Origin: Myxococcota bacterium
Lineage (GTDB): Bacteria > Myxococcota_A > UBA796 > UBA2385
Direction: 5' to 3'
Assembly: GCA_044344255.1 (NCBI GenBank)
Contig: JBIJDH010000013.1
Coordinates: 128,001-192,000, forward strand
DNA: 64,000 bases
The notes below the pieces were generated by a model. That model did no database searches, was not told the origin of the DNA, and saw nothing but the letters and a program-made list of their open reading frames with translations. The position numbers and the translations under genes are program-made. Below are positions 9,758 to 19,184 of this stretch, one piece after another (within the stretch, counting starts at the first letter, position 1; each line of letters starts with the position of its first letter).

Positions 9758-12700
9758 CTACCAACCGGTCCCGAGACCGACGTAGAAACGGAAGCCGGGC
9801 TTCTCCGTCTCGTTCGAGAGCTCGTCACCGAGCGCATTCTCGCTGGTGTCGAAGATGTCATCACCGTTCACGTCGCCGTAACCCCGGATCTCGTTGAAGC
9901 CGTAAGCTACACGGAAGAAGGAGTCCCAAGGCATCGTATTCCACATGATGCTCCGAACGCGGATCTCCGCGCTGGCGTCATAGAGCATCGAGTTGCCGTT
10001 CTTGTACGCCTCGTCCAGGAAGGGGATCTCCCGGGTGACGTCGTTCGGATCGCGGGCGATGCGCTCTCCATACCTCGACTTGTAGTAAAGGCTCGCGTCC
10101 TCCGGCGGTCGGAAGGACCACAGGTTGCCCGCCGTGGCGCCGAACTGCGCGAAGACGCCGTAGGTGAACAGCGGCCCCGTCTTCACCGTGAAGTGCTCCG
10201 CGATCGGGAACCGGTAGGCGAGGTTCAAGATGCCCATCGTCTCGCCGGAGAGGCTGTAGTTCGGGTAGCCGGCGAAGAGGGTGTTCGGGCGCAGCGTGCC
10301 GTAGCCGTAGAAGTAGGGGTGCTGACCGCCGGCGTGGAACTCATCCTGCCCATCGACGTTTCGGTCGGTCGCTCCCACGCGGGCGTCGATCTGGATGGCG
10401 TGATGGTTGGCCCGCGCCCGCTCCAGGAGGGGGATGCCCCAGAGGGTGGGCAGGCGGATGAACTCCACCCACCGGATCTCACCCTTGTTGAACTGGTAAC
10501 TGTCGAGCAGCTCACCGTCGTCCACCGCGATGCCGCCGTAGGGCTCATAGACGATGTCGGTGAAGACGTGCCCGAGGTCGACGTCGAGGGTGCGGCCCAC
10601 GAAGGGGTTCGCGTCGCGGTCGAAGCCGCCCGCCGTCGAGTAGGTCGTGATCGTGCCCACCTCGAGGCCCTGCATGTAGCGCTCGAAGGTCCCGCTATCG
10701 ATCCCCTTGAAGCCGTACTCCAGGTAGCGACCATACACAGTGGTGTCCAAGATCCCATTCCAGGGATACTGAATCGCCAAGCTGCCAATGTTGACGTACT
10801 GATGGTTCCGGACGTCGTAGACGCTCTGGTCATCGGTGGTGGACGGATCCTGGTCCTCATCCAGCTCGTACTGGGCGTCGTACTTTATCTGGTAGTGGTA
10901 GGCGGAAAGAAAGATGTTGGGGTACCAGCCCTGGTAGAAGTACTGACCGAGGAAGAGAGGGTCCTCCCCGAGGTTGACCACCGCAGCGCCGCCGTGCTTC
11001 TCCACGAAGTCCTGCACGAAGATCTGGAACCCGGCTGTGAGGCCCCAGTTCGTCTTCGAGCCGTTCTCCAGGCGGAAGCTGGGGACCGCTGTGGGCGCGA
11101 TCAGGGACCGGGCGGGGCGGTATCGCTCCGGCTTCCAGTGAGAGAGGTCCTCACTGTAGGCCATGGACTTCGCCACCTCGGCCTGATCGATCTCCTTACC
11201 GGTCACGAAGAGGTGATCCGCAGGCGCGTTCATGAACTGATCATGGGGGAGCGCGTTGATCTTCCAGCCGTGCGCCGTGTAGTAGGCGAAGGCGAGGTGC
11301 CCGTCCGGCGAGACCTGCGGAGAGGTGGCGCCGCCGATCACGTTCGTGATCTGGGTGACCTTGTCCGTCTCAAGGTTGTACCGGTAGATATTGAAGATCC
11401 CGTCCGGCTCGGCCGCGAAGTAGATCGTGCCGTCCGCGGCCCAGTGGGGGTCCATCTTCTCCCACTGATCCCAGGTCAGGGGGTGGAGGTTCGTCCCATC
11501 GGCGTTGATCACGTACAGGTTCTGCTGATAGTTCCGGAAGATTCCGAACACAATCTGCTTGCCGTCGGGTGACCAGTCCATCTTCTGGAGCCAGGTCCCG
11601 TCGTTGTAGCTGGTCAGGTGCTTCTTGTCGGAGCCATCGATGTTGATGGTGACGAGGTTGAGCCCACCGTCCGTATACTCGAAGTACGCCACCCGCTTGC
11701 CATCCGGGCTGACCGCCGGGTCGGCCCCGCGCTGGGTGTTCGGGATGGCGTGCCACGAGCCCTCTTCGAAGACCTCGCGGCCCTTCTTGTCTCGCCCGAG
11801 CAGCCGTCGCTCCCGCGTGGTCACCGTGCGATTCCCCTCCTCCTTCTCCCGGGTGGGCATCGCATAGTAGTACAGCTGCTTCCAGTTGTACCCATCGAAT
11901 TCGCCGCGGATACCGGTCAAGTTCTCGAAGCCGCCGACGGGGCGGACGGAGTCCTCCCGCCCGGTGACCACCAAGGCCTCCTGGCCAGGGACGAAGTCCC
12001 AGGCATGCTCAAAGTCGGCTGGAAAGGCGGTGGAAAGCTTCGCAGACTGCTCCATCCGCTGGATGTCGGAGGGGGGGTAGCCCGACCACTCGGGGATCTG
12101 GTCGGCGTCCATCCGGAAGACCGACACGGCCTCGTAGGCGAGCCCGTTGTTCAGCACGCCAATGTACTTGCCGTCCGGCGAGATGCGCGGCTCGCCCGCA
12201 TACTTGGAGGAGGCCTCCTTGATGTCTTCGCGCTCCCACTCCCGGTGGCGCTCGAGCCACTGATCCCGCTCGGCGGGGTCCGCAAACTGCCACTCGGCCT
12301 TCCCGCCGATGAGCTCACGACCTGACACTTCGCCGCGGGCCTTGACCTCGGCGTATTGCCGCGTGTAACGGTCTGTTACGTACTTCCGCCAGTCGTTGTA
12401 CAAGGTCTCCGCGTCGACGCCGACCACGTCTTCGATGACCGTGGCCCACTCGCCGCGCCAGCCCGAGCCGTACTCGTGAGCGAAGGCGGCGTAGGTCTTG
12501 TCGCCGAAGCGCTGCCGGAGGTACTGGCCGAAGCTGTAGCCCTGCTGGTAGTACCGCTCGCCATCACCCCAGTCCCGCTTGGCGGCACGGGTGTGCCACT
12601 CGTCGTACTCGAGCAGGCGGTCCTCCAAGACCGTCATCCGGATGTTCTGGTCGCGAGATGCTGTCCAGTAGTTATAGCCCGCCTGATCCGACCAGTATTC

Positions 12701-13303
12701 GGCGCCGCCTTCCGTCCAGAAGACGGAGTCACCGTCTCCGATGAGGAACTCCGCCCCGATGTCGGCGTTGTTCACGCCATCCTTGTACAGACCGCCGAGC
12801 ACCACCGCCTGCGTGCCTTCGGCCAACGGGGCGTTCGCCTTGAGCGACACCACGTGCGCGAACTCGTGCACGAGCACGTCGGCGAACCACTCCATCCGCC
12901 CGCGCATCCGGTAGAACGTGCCGCCCGGGTTGGCGGAGATCTCGATCCAGTCCCAGGAGGGGATCGTGAAGCCCTCCAGGTCGTCCGACTGATTGAGGAG
13001 GACGATGTGGACCTTCTCCTTCAGGTAGTAGTTGAACTCCCCGCACATCTTCGGCCACATCTCCTCGGCGACCTGCGCAGACTTGCGCGCCGAGAATTCA
13101 GTGGTGAGGTAGTGCTCATTCCCCTGCTCCCTCGTCTTCTTGGAGACCGGGTAATGCACGACGAAGTGCTCGGTCTCGATCGAGAACCAATCGAGATCGG
13201 GGTGATTGTAAGGGAAGACGAACTTGGCTTCGGCGGGGTTCGTGTGGAGGGCCATCGCGAGGAGCGCGGCGCCGGCGACCAGCCGAGAGATGGAGCGGAG
13301 CAT
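9758..13303 (-). CDS. Omp85/BamA-superfamily outer-membrane protein with N-terminal gluzincin-like peptidase domain and PD40/WD40 propeller
   Basis: Signal peptide; HEFAH plus downstream WTEGGAEY (HExxH+E); PD40 motifs (PRISPDG, PAVSPDG, MDWSPDG, PHWAADG, PQVSPDG); beta-strand-rich C-terminus ending FRFYVGLGTGW. Confidence 0.75.
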   Translation of the reverse strand: MLRSISRLVAGAALLAMALHTNPAEAKFVFPYNHPDLDWFSIETEHFVVHYPVSKKTREQGNEHYLTTEFSARKSAQVAEEMWPKMCGEFNYYLKEKVHIVLLNQSDDLEGFTIPSWDWIEISANPGGTFYRMRGRMEWFADVLVHEFAHVVSLKANAPLAEGTQAVVLGGLYKDGVNNADIGAEFLIGDGDSVFWTEGGAEYWSDQAGYNYWTASRDQNIRMTVLEDRLLEYDEWHTRAAKRDWGDGERYYQQGYSFGQYLRQRFGDKTYAAFAHEYGSGWRGEWATVIEDVVGVDAETLYNDWRKYVTDRYTRQYAEVKARGEVSGRELIGGKAEWQFADPAERDQWLERHREWEREDIKEASSKYAGEPRISPDGKYIGVLNNGLAYEAVSVFRMDADQIPEWSGYPPSDIQRMEQSAKLSTAFPADFEHAWDFVPGQEALVVTGREDSVRPVGGFENLTGIRGEFDGYNWKQLYYYAMPTREKEEGNRTVTTRERRLLGRDKKGREVFEEGSWHAIPNTQRGADPAVSPDGKRVAYFEYTDGGLNLVTINIDGSDKKHLTSYNDGTWLQKMDWSPDGKQIVFGIFRNYQQNLYVINADGTNLHPLTWDQWEKMDPHWAADGTIYFAAEPDGIFNIYRYNLETDKVTQITNVIGGATSPQVSPDGHLAFAYYTAHGWKINALPHDQFMNAPADHLFVTGKEIDQAEVAKSMAYSEDLSHWKPERYRPARSLIAPTAVPSFRLENGSKTNWGLTAGFQIFVQDFVEKHGGAAVVNLGEDPLFLGQYFYQGWYPNIFLSAYHYQIKYDAQYELDEDQDPSTTDDQSVYDVRNHQYVNIGSLAIQYPWNGILDTTVYGRYLEYGFKGIDSGTFERYMQGLEVGTITTYSTAGGFDRDANPFVGRTLDVDLGHVFTDIVYEPYGGIAVDDGELLDSYQFNKGEIRWVEFIRLPTLWGIPLLERARANHHAIQIDARVGATDRNVDGQDEFHAGGQHPYFYGYGTLRPNTLFAGYPNYSLSGETMGILNLAYRFPIAEHFTVKTGPLFTYGVFAQFGATAGNLWSFRPPEDASLYYKSRYGERIARDPNDVTREIPFLDEAYKNGNSMLYDASAEIRVRSIMWNTMPWDSFFRVAYGFNEIRGYGDVNGDDIFDTSENALGDELSNETEKPGFRFYVGLGTGW

Positions 13304-13321
13304 GGGCGGTCTTCCTGCGAA

Positions 13322-14332
13322 TCAGTACCGGAACTCGAGGGTTCCGCTATAGGTGTTTCCGCGGGTGGGATGAATGTCCTCGATGGGCCAGAACTGCAGG
13401 TCCTCCCCCCGTACCGGGAGAGTGGCCGCGCCCACGAGGTCGAGGCCCCGGGTGATGTTGAGCGTGAGGCCGGCCTTGGCGTCCAAGGACCAGCCGTCGG
13501 AGCCCTCGATCGGCTGGAGGTCCTTCCCGGGGAACCAGCCGTCCACGGTGGTGCCGATCTCGGTGACGTCCCGCCGGCGGTACAGCACACCGCCGTCCAG
13601 CGCCACGGGGCCCGCTTGAAGCAAGAGGTCGCCGTCGAGCTTGAAGACGTCGCCCGGCTTGATGCGGCCCGAGAACTGGTTGAGCTCCGTCTCGATCACA
13701 TACTGCACGATGCCCGACAGTCGACGGGTGTAGCCAGCGTCGACCATCAGCGCGAGCGGCCCGACCTGCTGCTTCGCCTGCACACCGGCGGTGAGGTCTT
13801 GGGTGCCCGTGGTGAGCACGACGGCGCTGAAGGTGGAGGGGCCCCCCACATAGTTGCCCGGGGACTCGTTCCCTGCCGGGGCCTTGTAGTCCCCGTAGAC
13901 GACGATCGAGGAGATCGGAGCCAAAGAGCGATACAGCTCATACTTGACTCCGAAGTTGGGATCACCGAGGCCGAACTGACTGATATCAGTCTTGCGCTCC
14001 GGGTTCTCGAGGTGCACGTAGTGGGTCTTCAGCCGCCAATACAGCTCCACGCGGCGAGCGATGCCGTAGCGGATGTCCAGCCGCTCCGTGGTGTATAGCC
14101 ACGATGACTTGTCGTCGAAGCTGAGGGCCTTGCCCTCGGCGCTCCAGCTCCCCTCGGCCACCTTCACGTCGGTCCCGAGCCCGAACTCGAGCCAGCCCTT
14201 GCCGATGAGGAGCGAGCGCTCGACCTCCCGGGCCGGGAGCGTCTCCCGCATGGTCTTCGCTTGGAACCCGGCGGCCATCGCCCTTGGGGCCGCGAGGCCC
14301 ATGCTCAGCAGGAGCAGGAGGTACCTGGTCAT
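13322..14332 (-). CDS. Outer-membrane beta-barrel protein (resembles MetA-pathway/SphA-type 'transporter' channels)
   Basis: Signal peptide MTRYLLLLLSMGLAAPRAMA; GLGDPNFGVKY and YKAPAG motifs; amphipathic strands; C-terminal YSGTLEFRY. Alternative start at 14347. Confidence 0.65.
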   Translation of the reverse strand: MTRYLLLLLSMGLAAPRAMAAGFQAKTMRETLPAREVERSLLIGKGWLEFGLGTDVKVAEGSWSAEGKALSFDDKSSWLYTTERLDIRYGIARRVELYWRLKTHYVHLENPERKTDISQFGLGDPNFGVKYELYRSLAPISSIVVYGDYKAPAGNESPGNYVGGPSTFSAVVLTTGTQDLTAGVQAKQQVGPLALMVDAGYTRRLSGIVQYVIETELNQFSGRIKPGDVFKLDGDLLLQAGPVALDGGVLYRRRDVTEIGTTVDGWFPGKDLQPIEGSDGWSLDAKAGLTLNITRGLDLVGAATLPVRGEDLQFWPIEDIHPTRGNTYSGTLEFRY

Positions 14333-14510
14333 GGACGACTTCCGCACTCGAAACAGGTGGGGTCAGGAGCGCCAGAGAGACGAGCAGACCTGACGGGAGG
14401 GGGTCGAGGGACCGAAGGGTCCGGAGGCCTTGAGAGGGCATCGCGGAGGGCGCGCCCGCGAGCGCCGGAGGGGCCCTTGGAGGGCGTTCGGCTTCGCGGA
14501 TGCGCGCGCG

Positions 14511-14540
14511 ACGTATTCCACACCCCCCCACCCCTGTCAA
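14511..14540 (-). promoter_or_regulatory. Candidate promoter for the outer-membrane operon
   Basis: Perfect TTGACA on the minus strand (14540-14535). It is followed after about 17 bp by only a weak -10 (TGTGGAATACGT). Confidence 0.35.
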
Positions 14541-14706
14541 GGTAGGGTCCACCGAGGGGCGGCGCTGAGGTCGGCGAGGACGCTCGGCCGGAGCACGGGG
14601 CGGCCTCGGGGAGCCGAGGTGACAAGTCTGTGTAGGCGCAGCGGAGGCGTCGTTTCGGTTGCGGCGTGGGGGCGGGGACCATAAGCACGCCGCCCCGGAG
14701 GCCCCT

Positions 14707-16440
14707 ATGCGACCGACCCCCGCCGACCCCGAAGCCGCGGAGGGCCGAACCGTGGGCCTGGGCCCAGAGGCCGCCGCGCCCCCCTTGGGGCGCCGGTGCG
14801 GCGCGATCGGCTGGAGGCTCGGACTGTTGGCCTTGCCGCTCTCGGCCGCCTGCAGCCTCGTACCCCTCCCGTTCACGGGTGACGCCCCTGAGCTGGTCGG
14901 AGAGGACGTGCGGCTCACCATCTTGCACACCTCCGACATCCACTCTCGCCTCCTCCCGTACGTCTTTGACCCCAGCTTCACCGACAATCAGCTCGGCCTC
15001 GCCGACGATATGGGCCCCTACGGTGGCATGGCGCGCATCGGCACCATCGTGCGGCGAGAGCGCGCCAAGTCTGGGCGGGTGTTGCACCTTGACTCCGGCG
15101 ACTGCTTTCAAGGCGCGATCATCTTCAACGAGTTCTCGGGGGAGGCGGAGATGCGCCTGCAGACCGAGATCGGCCTCGACGCCGCGGTGCTCGCTAACCA
15201 CGAGTTCGACAAGGGCGCCGCCAACGTCGCAGAACAGTACGGCGCCTGGGGAGGCTTCGACCTCCTGGCCGCCAACTACAACTTCCAGTCGAGCGCCTTG
15301 CCCTGGGCGACCGCCCTCGAGGACATGGTCAAGCCGAGCATGATCTACGACCTCGACGGCCTCCGCGTCGGTGTCATCGGCCTCGGCAACATCTCCTCCC
15401 TGAACAGCATCTACGACGAGTCGAACTCGCTCGGCATCCGCGTGCTCGAGCCCGCCGACATCCTGCCCGCCGAGGCGGCCAAGCTCCGCGCGCAGGGGGC
15501 CGACGTCGTGGTGGCGCTGAGCCACATGGGTCTCAGCGAGGACCAGCTCAACGCCGCCACCCTCGAGGGCGTCGACCTCTACGTCGGGGGCCACAACCAT
15601 GTGGCGATCAACCCGCCGCCGATCGTGGTGAACGAGCTCACCGGCCAGCGCATCCCCGTGGTTCACTCCGGCGCCTTCGCCAAGTTCGTCGGCCGCCTGG
15701 ATCTGGTCATCCGAGACGGAGAGATCCTCTCGTCGGACTACCAGGTCTTCCCCGTCGACAACACCGTGCCCGATGACGCCGCTGTGATCGACATCCTCGA
15801 AGAGTATGAGGAGGCCCTCGCCGTCTCGTACAACACGAGCCAGGTGCTCGGCTACGCCGACGAGGAGCTCACCCGCTACGGATCGACCGGCGGTGACTCC
15901 ATGCTCGGCAACCTCACCGCTGACGCCATGCGCTTCTATCCCGGCGTTGAGACCGAGATCTCGCTCACGAACACGCTCGGCATCCGCTCCGACATCCCAG
16001 CCGGCGACATCACCCTCGACGGTCTGTTCAACGCGATGCCCTTCGACAACTCGATCACGACGATGTTCTTGTCCGGTCGAGAGGTACAAGAGCTGCTCGA
16101 CTACGTGGCATACCGCTCCACCGAGCGCGGCTGCCAGGCGCAGGCGCAGGTCTCTGGCATCACCTTCGACATGATCTGCACCGCCGAAGACGCACACGCC
16201 GAGAACATCCAGATCAACGGCACCGACCTCGACCCAGGCGGCACCTACGAGCTGGCCACCAACGACTACATCGCCCACGGTGGCTCTGGATTCGAGGTGC
16301 TGGAGCGCAACACCACCCAGGTTGACACCGGCATCTCGATTCGAGATGTCGTTAAGTCGTCGATCATCCAATACAATACCCTCCCCCAGCCCGAGGCAGG
16401 TGTCTGCGTCGAGGATGGGCGCATCAACCCGGTGTACTGA
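14707..16440 (+). CDS. Bifunctional metallophosphatase / 5'-nucleotidase (probable lipoprotein)
   Basis: ILHTSDIHS, LDSGDCFQG, ANHEFDKG, LSHMG, GGHNH and a 5'-nucleotidase C-terminal domain (GIRSDI, MPFDN, ATNDYIAHGG); lipobox-like LSAAC. Start codon uncertain. Confidence 0.9.
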   Translation: MRPTPADPEAAEGRTVGLGPEAAAPPLGRRCGAIGWRLGLLALPLSAACSLVPLPFTGDAPELVGEDVRLTILHTSDIHSRLLPYVFDPSFTDNQLGLADDMGPYGGMARIGTIVRRERAKSGRVLHLDSGDCFQGAIIFNEFSGEAEMRLQTEIGLDAAVLANHEFDKGAANVAEQYGAWGGFDLLAANYNFQSSALPWATALEDMVKPSMIYDLDGLRVGVIGLGNISSLNSIYDESNSLGIRVLEPADILPAEAAKLRAQGADVVVALSHMGLSEDQLNAATLEGVDLYVGGHNHVAINPPPIVVNELTGQRIPVVHSGAFAKFVGRLDLVIRDGEILSSDYQVFPVDNTVPDDAAVIDILEEYEEALAVSYNTSQVLGYADEELTRYGSTGGDSMLGNLTADAMRFYPGVETEISLTNTLGIRSDIPAGDITLDGLFNAMPFDNSITTMFLSGREVQELLDYVAYRSTERGCQAQAQVSGITFDMICTAEDAHAENIQINGTDLDPGGTYELATNDYIAHGGSGFEVLERNTTQVDTGISIRDVVKSSIIQYNTLPQPEAGVCVEDGRINPVY

Positions 16441-16446
16441 CGGAGT

Positions 16447-17676
16447 GTGACGATGGCTCGCCGATGTAAACCACCGGCTTGGGGTCCGCGCCGCTTCGGC
16501 CCCGGCTCCCTCGTCATTTCGATGGGCCTCACCCCCTTCCTGCTGCCGGCGTGCGGAACAGACAAGGAGAAGCGGCGGATCGAGCCTACCTTCATCGAAG
16601 TGAACATCGAAGGCGACCTCGGGACGGAGGAGGCTCCCCTCCCCTTCTCGGGAGAGCCCGTGAGCTGGCCGGTCTCCGTCGCGACCTTCGACGTTCACCG
16701 CGACCCCTACCCCTTCGAAGGCGACCTGACGGCCCACGTCCGGCCCGGTCAGCTCTCCGGCGATCCCCACATCGCCATCACCGGCGGCGAGTGGACCGGT
16801 ACGCTCACCTTCGAGGCCGGCTTCGGCCCCACTCGCCTCTGGATGTCGGACGAGGGTGACAAGGACGTCGACACGGGCCGCTCGCCGAGCTTCGCCACCG
16901 GCGTCACCGAGGCCATCCACTACGCCTTCCCCACCATCGCCGAGGTCCAGGTCACCGACGACCCCGAGACCAACCAGATCGCAGGCGAATGGGGCGAATT
17001 CCGAGTGTCGGACCGCGAGGTCGTGGTCACCGTGGTGGGCACCGACGGCTTCTGGGTCACCGACCTCCTCGACGGCCCCGCCGCTTACGGCAGCCTCTTC
17101 ATCTATACGTTCGGCAAGCCGCACAACGTCGTCGTGGGCTCCCACATCGCCAGCCTCTCGGGCGGCATGCAGGAATATCTGGCCACCACCCAGATCAACT
17201 TCCCCACCTACACCGTGGTCCCGGACGCCACCCTGACACCGCCGGCCCCGGCCGTGCTCGACGCAGCGGCGCTCTGCGCCAACAGTGAGGTCGATCCCCT
17301 GCTGGCCGAGGCCTTCGAGTCCTCCCTGGTCGAGCTCCAAGGTGCCACGATCCCCGACTCCGTCGGCGTAAACGGCGACGACTACGCGGACTTCCTGGAG
17401 TTTGGCCAGTGGCCCGTCACCGCCGACAACGGCTGTGTGTTCTACGTCGAGTCGAGCTCGACGGTGGACTTCTCTCCGCCAGACCACACCGGCGCCACGG
17501 TCAACCACGTGCGCGGGGTCCTCACCGAGGTCTGGAACAAGTGGGTCATCCAGGTCCGTGACCTCGATGATCTCGACGTGGTCGGCGCCTCCGCGAGCGC
17601 CCGGCAAGCCGCTCCGCCTGCGCGGCCGGCCTCTCCCTCTCGTCTTCAACCCCGCTCTCCCCTCGGGTCGCCCTGA
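16447..17676 (+). CDS. Lipoprotein with extracellular-nuclease-type OB-fold domains and no evident catalytic domain
   Basis: Lipobox-like LLPAC; VVTVVGTDGFWVTD...SLFIY...VVVGS...LSGGMQEYLATTQI and EAFESSLVEL match the OB-fold pattern of YhcR/ExeM-type nucleases. Start uncertain. Confidence 0.6.
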   Translation: MTMARRCKPPAWGPRRFGPGSLVISMGLTPFLLPACGTDKEKRRIEPTFIEVNIEGDLGTEEAPLPFSGEPVSWPVSVATFDVHRDPYPFEGDLTAHVRPGQLSGDPHIAITGGEWTGTLTFEAGFGPTRLWMSDEGDKDVDTGRSPSFATGVTEAIHYAFPTIAEVQVTDDPETNQIAGEWGEFRVSDREVVVTVVGTDGFWVTDLLDGPAAYGSLFIYTFGKPHNVVVGSHIASLSGGMQEYLATTQINFPTYTVVPDATLTPPAPAVLDAAALCANSEVDPLLAEAFESSLVELQGATIPDSVGVNGDDYADFLEFGQWPVTADNGCVFYVESSSTVDFSPPDHTGATVNHVRGVLTEVWNKWVIQVRDLDDLDVVGASASARQAAPPARPASPSRLQPRSPLGSP

Positions 17677-19163
17677 TGCTGCTCCTGCTCACCTCCCTCC
17701 CGAGCGCCTTCGCGGGCGACTTCGTCGACGTGTGGGTCACGACCGCCGTAGAGGACACCAACCTCCGCGCCGGCCCCGACTCCTACAGCCCCTCCGCCAA
17801 CTTCGTCCAGCGCGGCAACCGGGTCTTCTTCGAAGACTACGAGACCAAGACGAGCGATGACATCTCGCGGGCCCAGCTCGTGCTGTACCGCGCCGATGAG
17901 GGCTTCTGGAAGGGCTGGTCCTCCGAGGCGGCCTTCGTCCTGCGCTACACCCCCTACCTCGACCCCGCCAAGACCAAGCCCGGCGTGGACGTGCGCGACG
18001 ACGGCTCCTACGTCCGCCTGATCCGCGATCTGCCCGGAGAGAAGCACAACGTCTCCCTCACCGGCTACGCGGTGGACGCTGGCCGCTTCCGGCTGGGGTA
18101 CTCCTACGATCTCACCTGGGGTGGCAAGGAGATCCACTCTTTCACCACGGGCGCGGCCCCGGGTGCCCGCCTGCAGTGGCAGAAGAAGGGCAACTACGCC
18201 TTCCTCGGGTTCAAGAGCACGGTCGGCGACTACATCGACCCCGACACGCTCCAATCGAACAATCAGGCCTACTACGGCTACCTCGGCGGCGCCGGCATCG
18301 AGCTCGCCGAGAAGGTCAAGCTCGAGCTCGGCCTCGGCAGCTTCCAGCAGGGCCAGATCCTCAACGTGAGCGACGTCTCGTCACAGCTCTACGGCGACAT
18401 CATCCAGGCCGGCGGCCTGAGCGCCCAGGTGGCCTTCCGCACCCGCGGAGACCTGGCCTTCATCGAGTCGAACGACCTCAAGCTCTACCGGAACAGCCCG
18501 GAGACGGCGAAGGACACCTACATCGGACACCGGCAGGTGGACGGGGTGGGCCTCCTCGTACAGGCGGAGGCGGACATGCTCCGCCACAACCTGCTCTCCG
18601 CGACCGACGACGACAGCACGGTTGTGGAGAGCGCCCGGGCGGGCGACGTCCAGACCCTGCTCGTCATCAACACCACGCAGGTGGCCGTGGACCTGGTCTA
18701 CAAGGACCTCCCCTACATCCTCTTCAACGTGCCGGGGCTCACGAGCGGCGTAGCGATGGACCCGGACATGGAGAAGACGCCGCAGCTCTACGCCCGCGGG
18801 CGGGTCGAGCACTACTTCCCCAACGCTCACGTGACGCCCAGCCTCGGCTTCGGCCTGATGCGCCCTGCGACCTACAAGACCGCCAGCGGCACCTTCGTTC
18901 AGTACTCCGAGACGGAGAAGGAGCAGGTCCCCGAGGGTCAGGAGGCCGCCGCCATCCTGTCGGGCGTGTTGGGGGCGCAGATCGACTTCTCGAAGTCTGT
19001 GATCATGCTCGGAGAGCTGTTGTACACCGTGGACAACAACCTCTCTGACTTCGTCTCCACCACGGACGAGGCGGGCATCGTCACCGGCGGCGAGCGCATC
19101 CCCTCCTCAGAGGAGGAGCGCAATGCGATCGGCTTCAACCTCATGCTCCGCGCTCGCTTCTGA
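17676..19163 (+). CDS. Probable outer-membrane beta-barrel protein
   Basis: Signal peptide MLLLLTSLPSAFA; amphipathic beta-strands; C-terminal GFNLMLRARF; TGATG coupling to the upstream gene. Confidence 0.65.
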   Translation: MLLLLTSLPSAFAGDFVDVWVTTAVEDTNLRAGPDSYSPSANFVQRGNRVFFEDYETKTSDDISRAQLVLYRADEGFWKGWSSEAAFVLRYTPYLDPAKTKPGVDVRDDGSYVRLIRDLPGEKHNVSLTGYAVDAGRFRLGYSYDLTWGGKEIHSFTTGAAPGARLQWQKKGNYAFLGFKSTVGDYIDPDTLQSNNQAYYGYLGGAGIELAEKVKLELGLGSFQQGQILNVSDVSSQLYGDIIQAGGLSAQVAFRTRGDLAFIESNDLKLYRNSPETAKDTYIGHRQVDGVGLLVQAEADMLRHNLLSATDDDSTVVESARAGDVQTLLVINTTQVAVDLVYKDLPYILFNVPGLTSGVAMDPDMEKTPQLYARGRVEHYFPNAHVTPSLGFGLMRPATYKTASGTFVQYSETEKEQVPEGQEAAAILSGVLGAQIDFSKSVIMLGELLYTVDNNLSDFVSTTDEAGIVTGGERIPSSEEERNAIGFNLMLRARF

Positions 19164-19184
19164 GGCCGCCTGCGCCGGACCGGC

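Noticed and set aside
5374..17649. Long antisense ORFs (5374-6693, 6904-9897, 9605-11572, 12356-14098, 14329-17649)
   Set aside because: Each mirrors a well-supported gene on the other strand and shows the V/G/D/E/H-rich composition typical of antisense frames.
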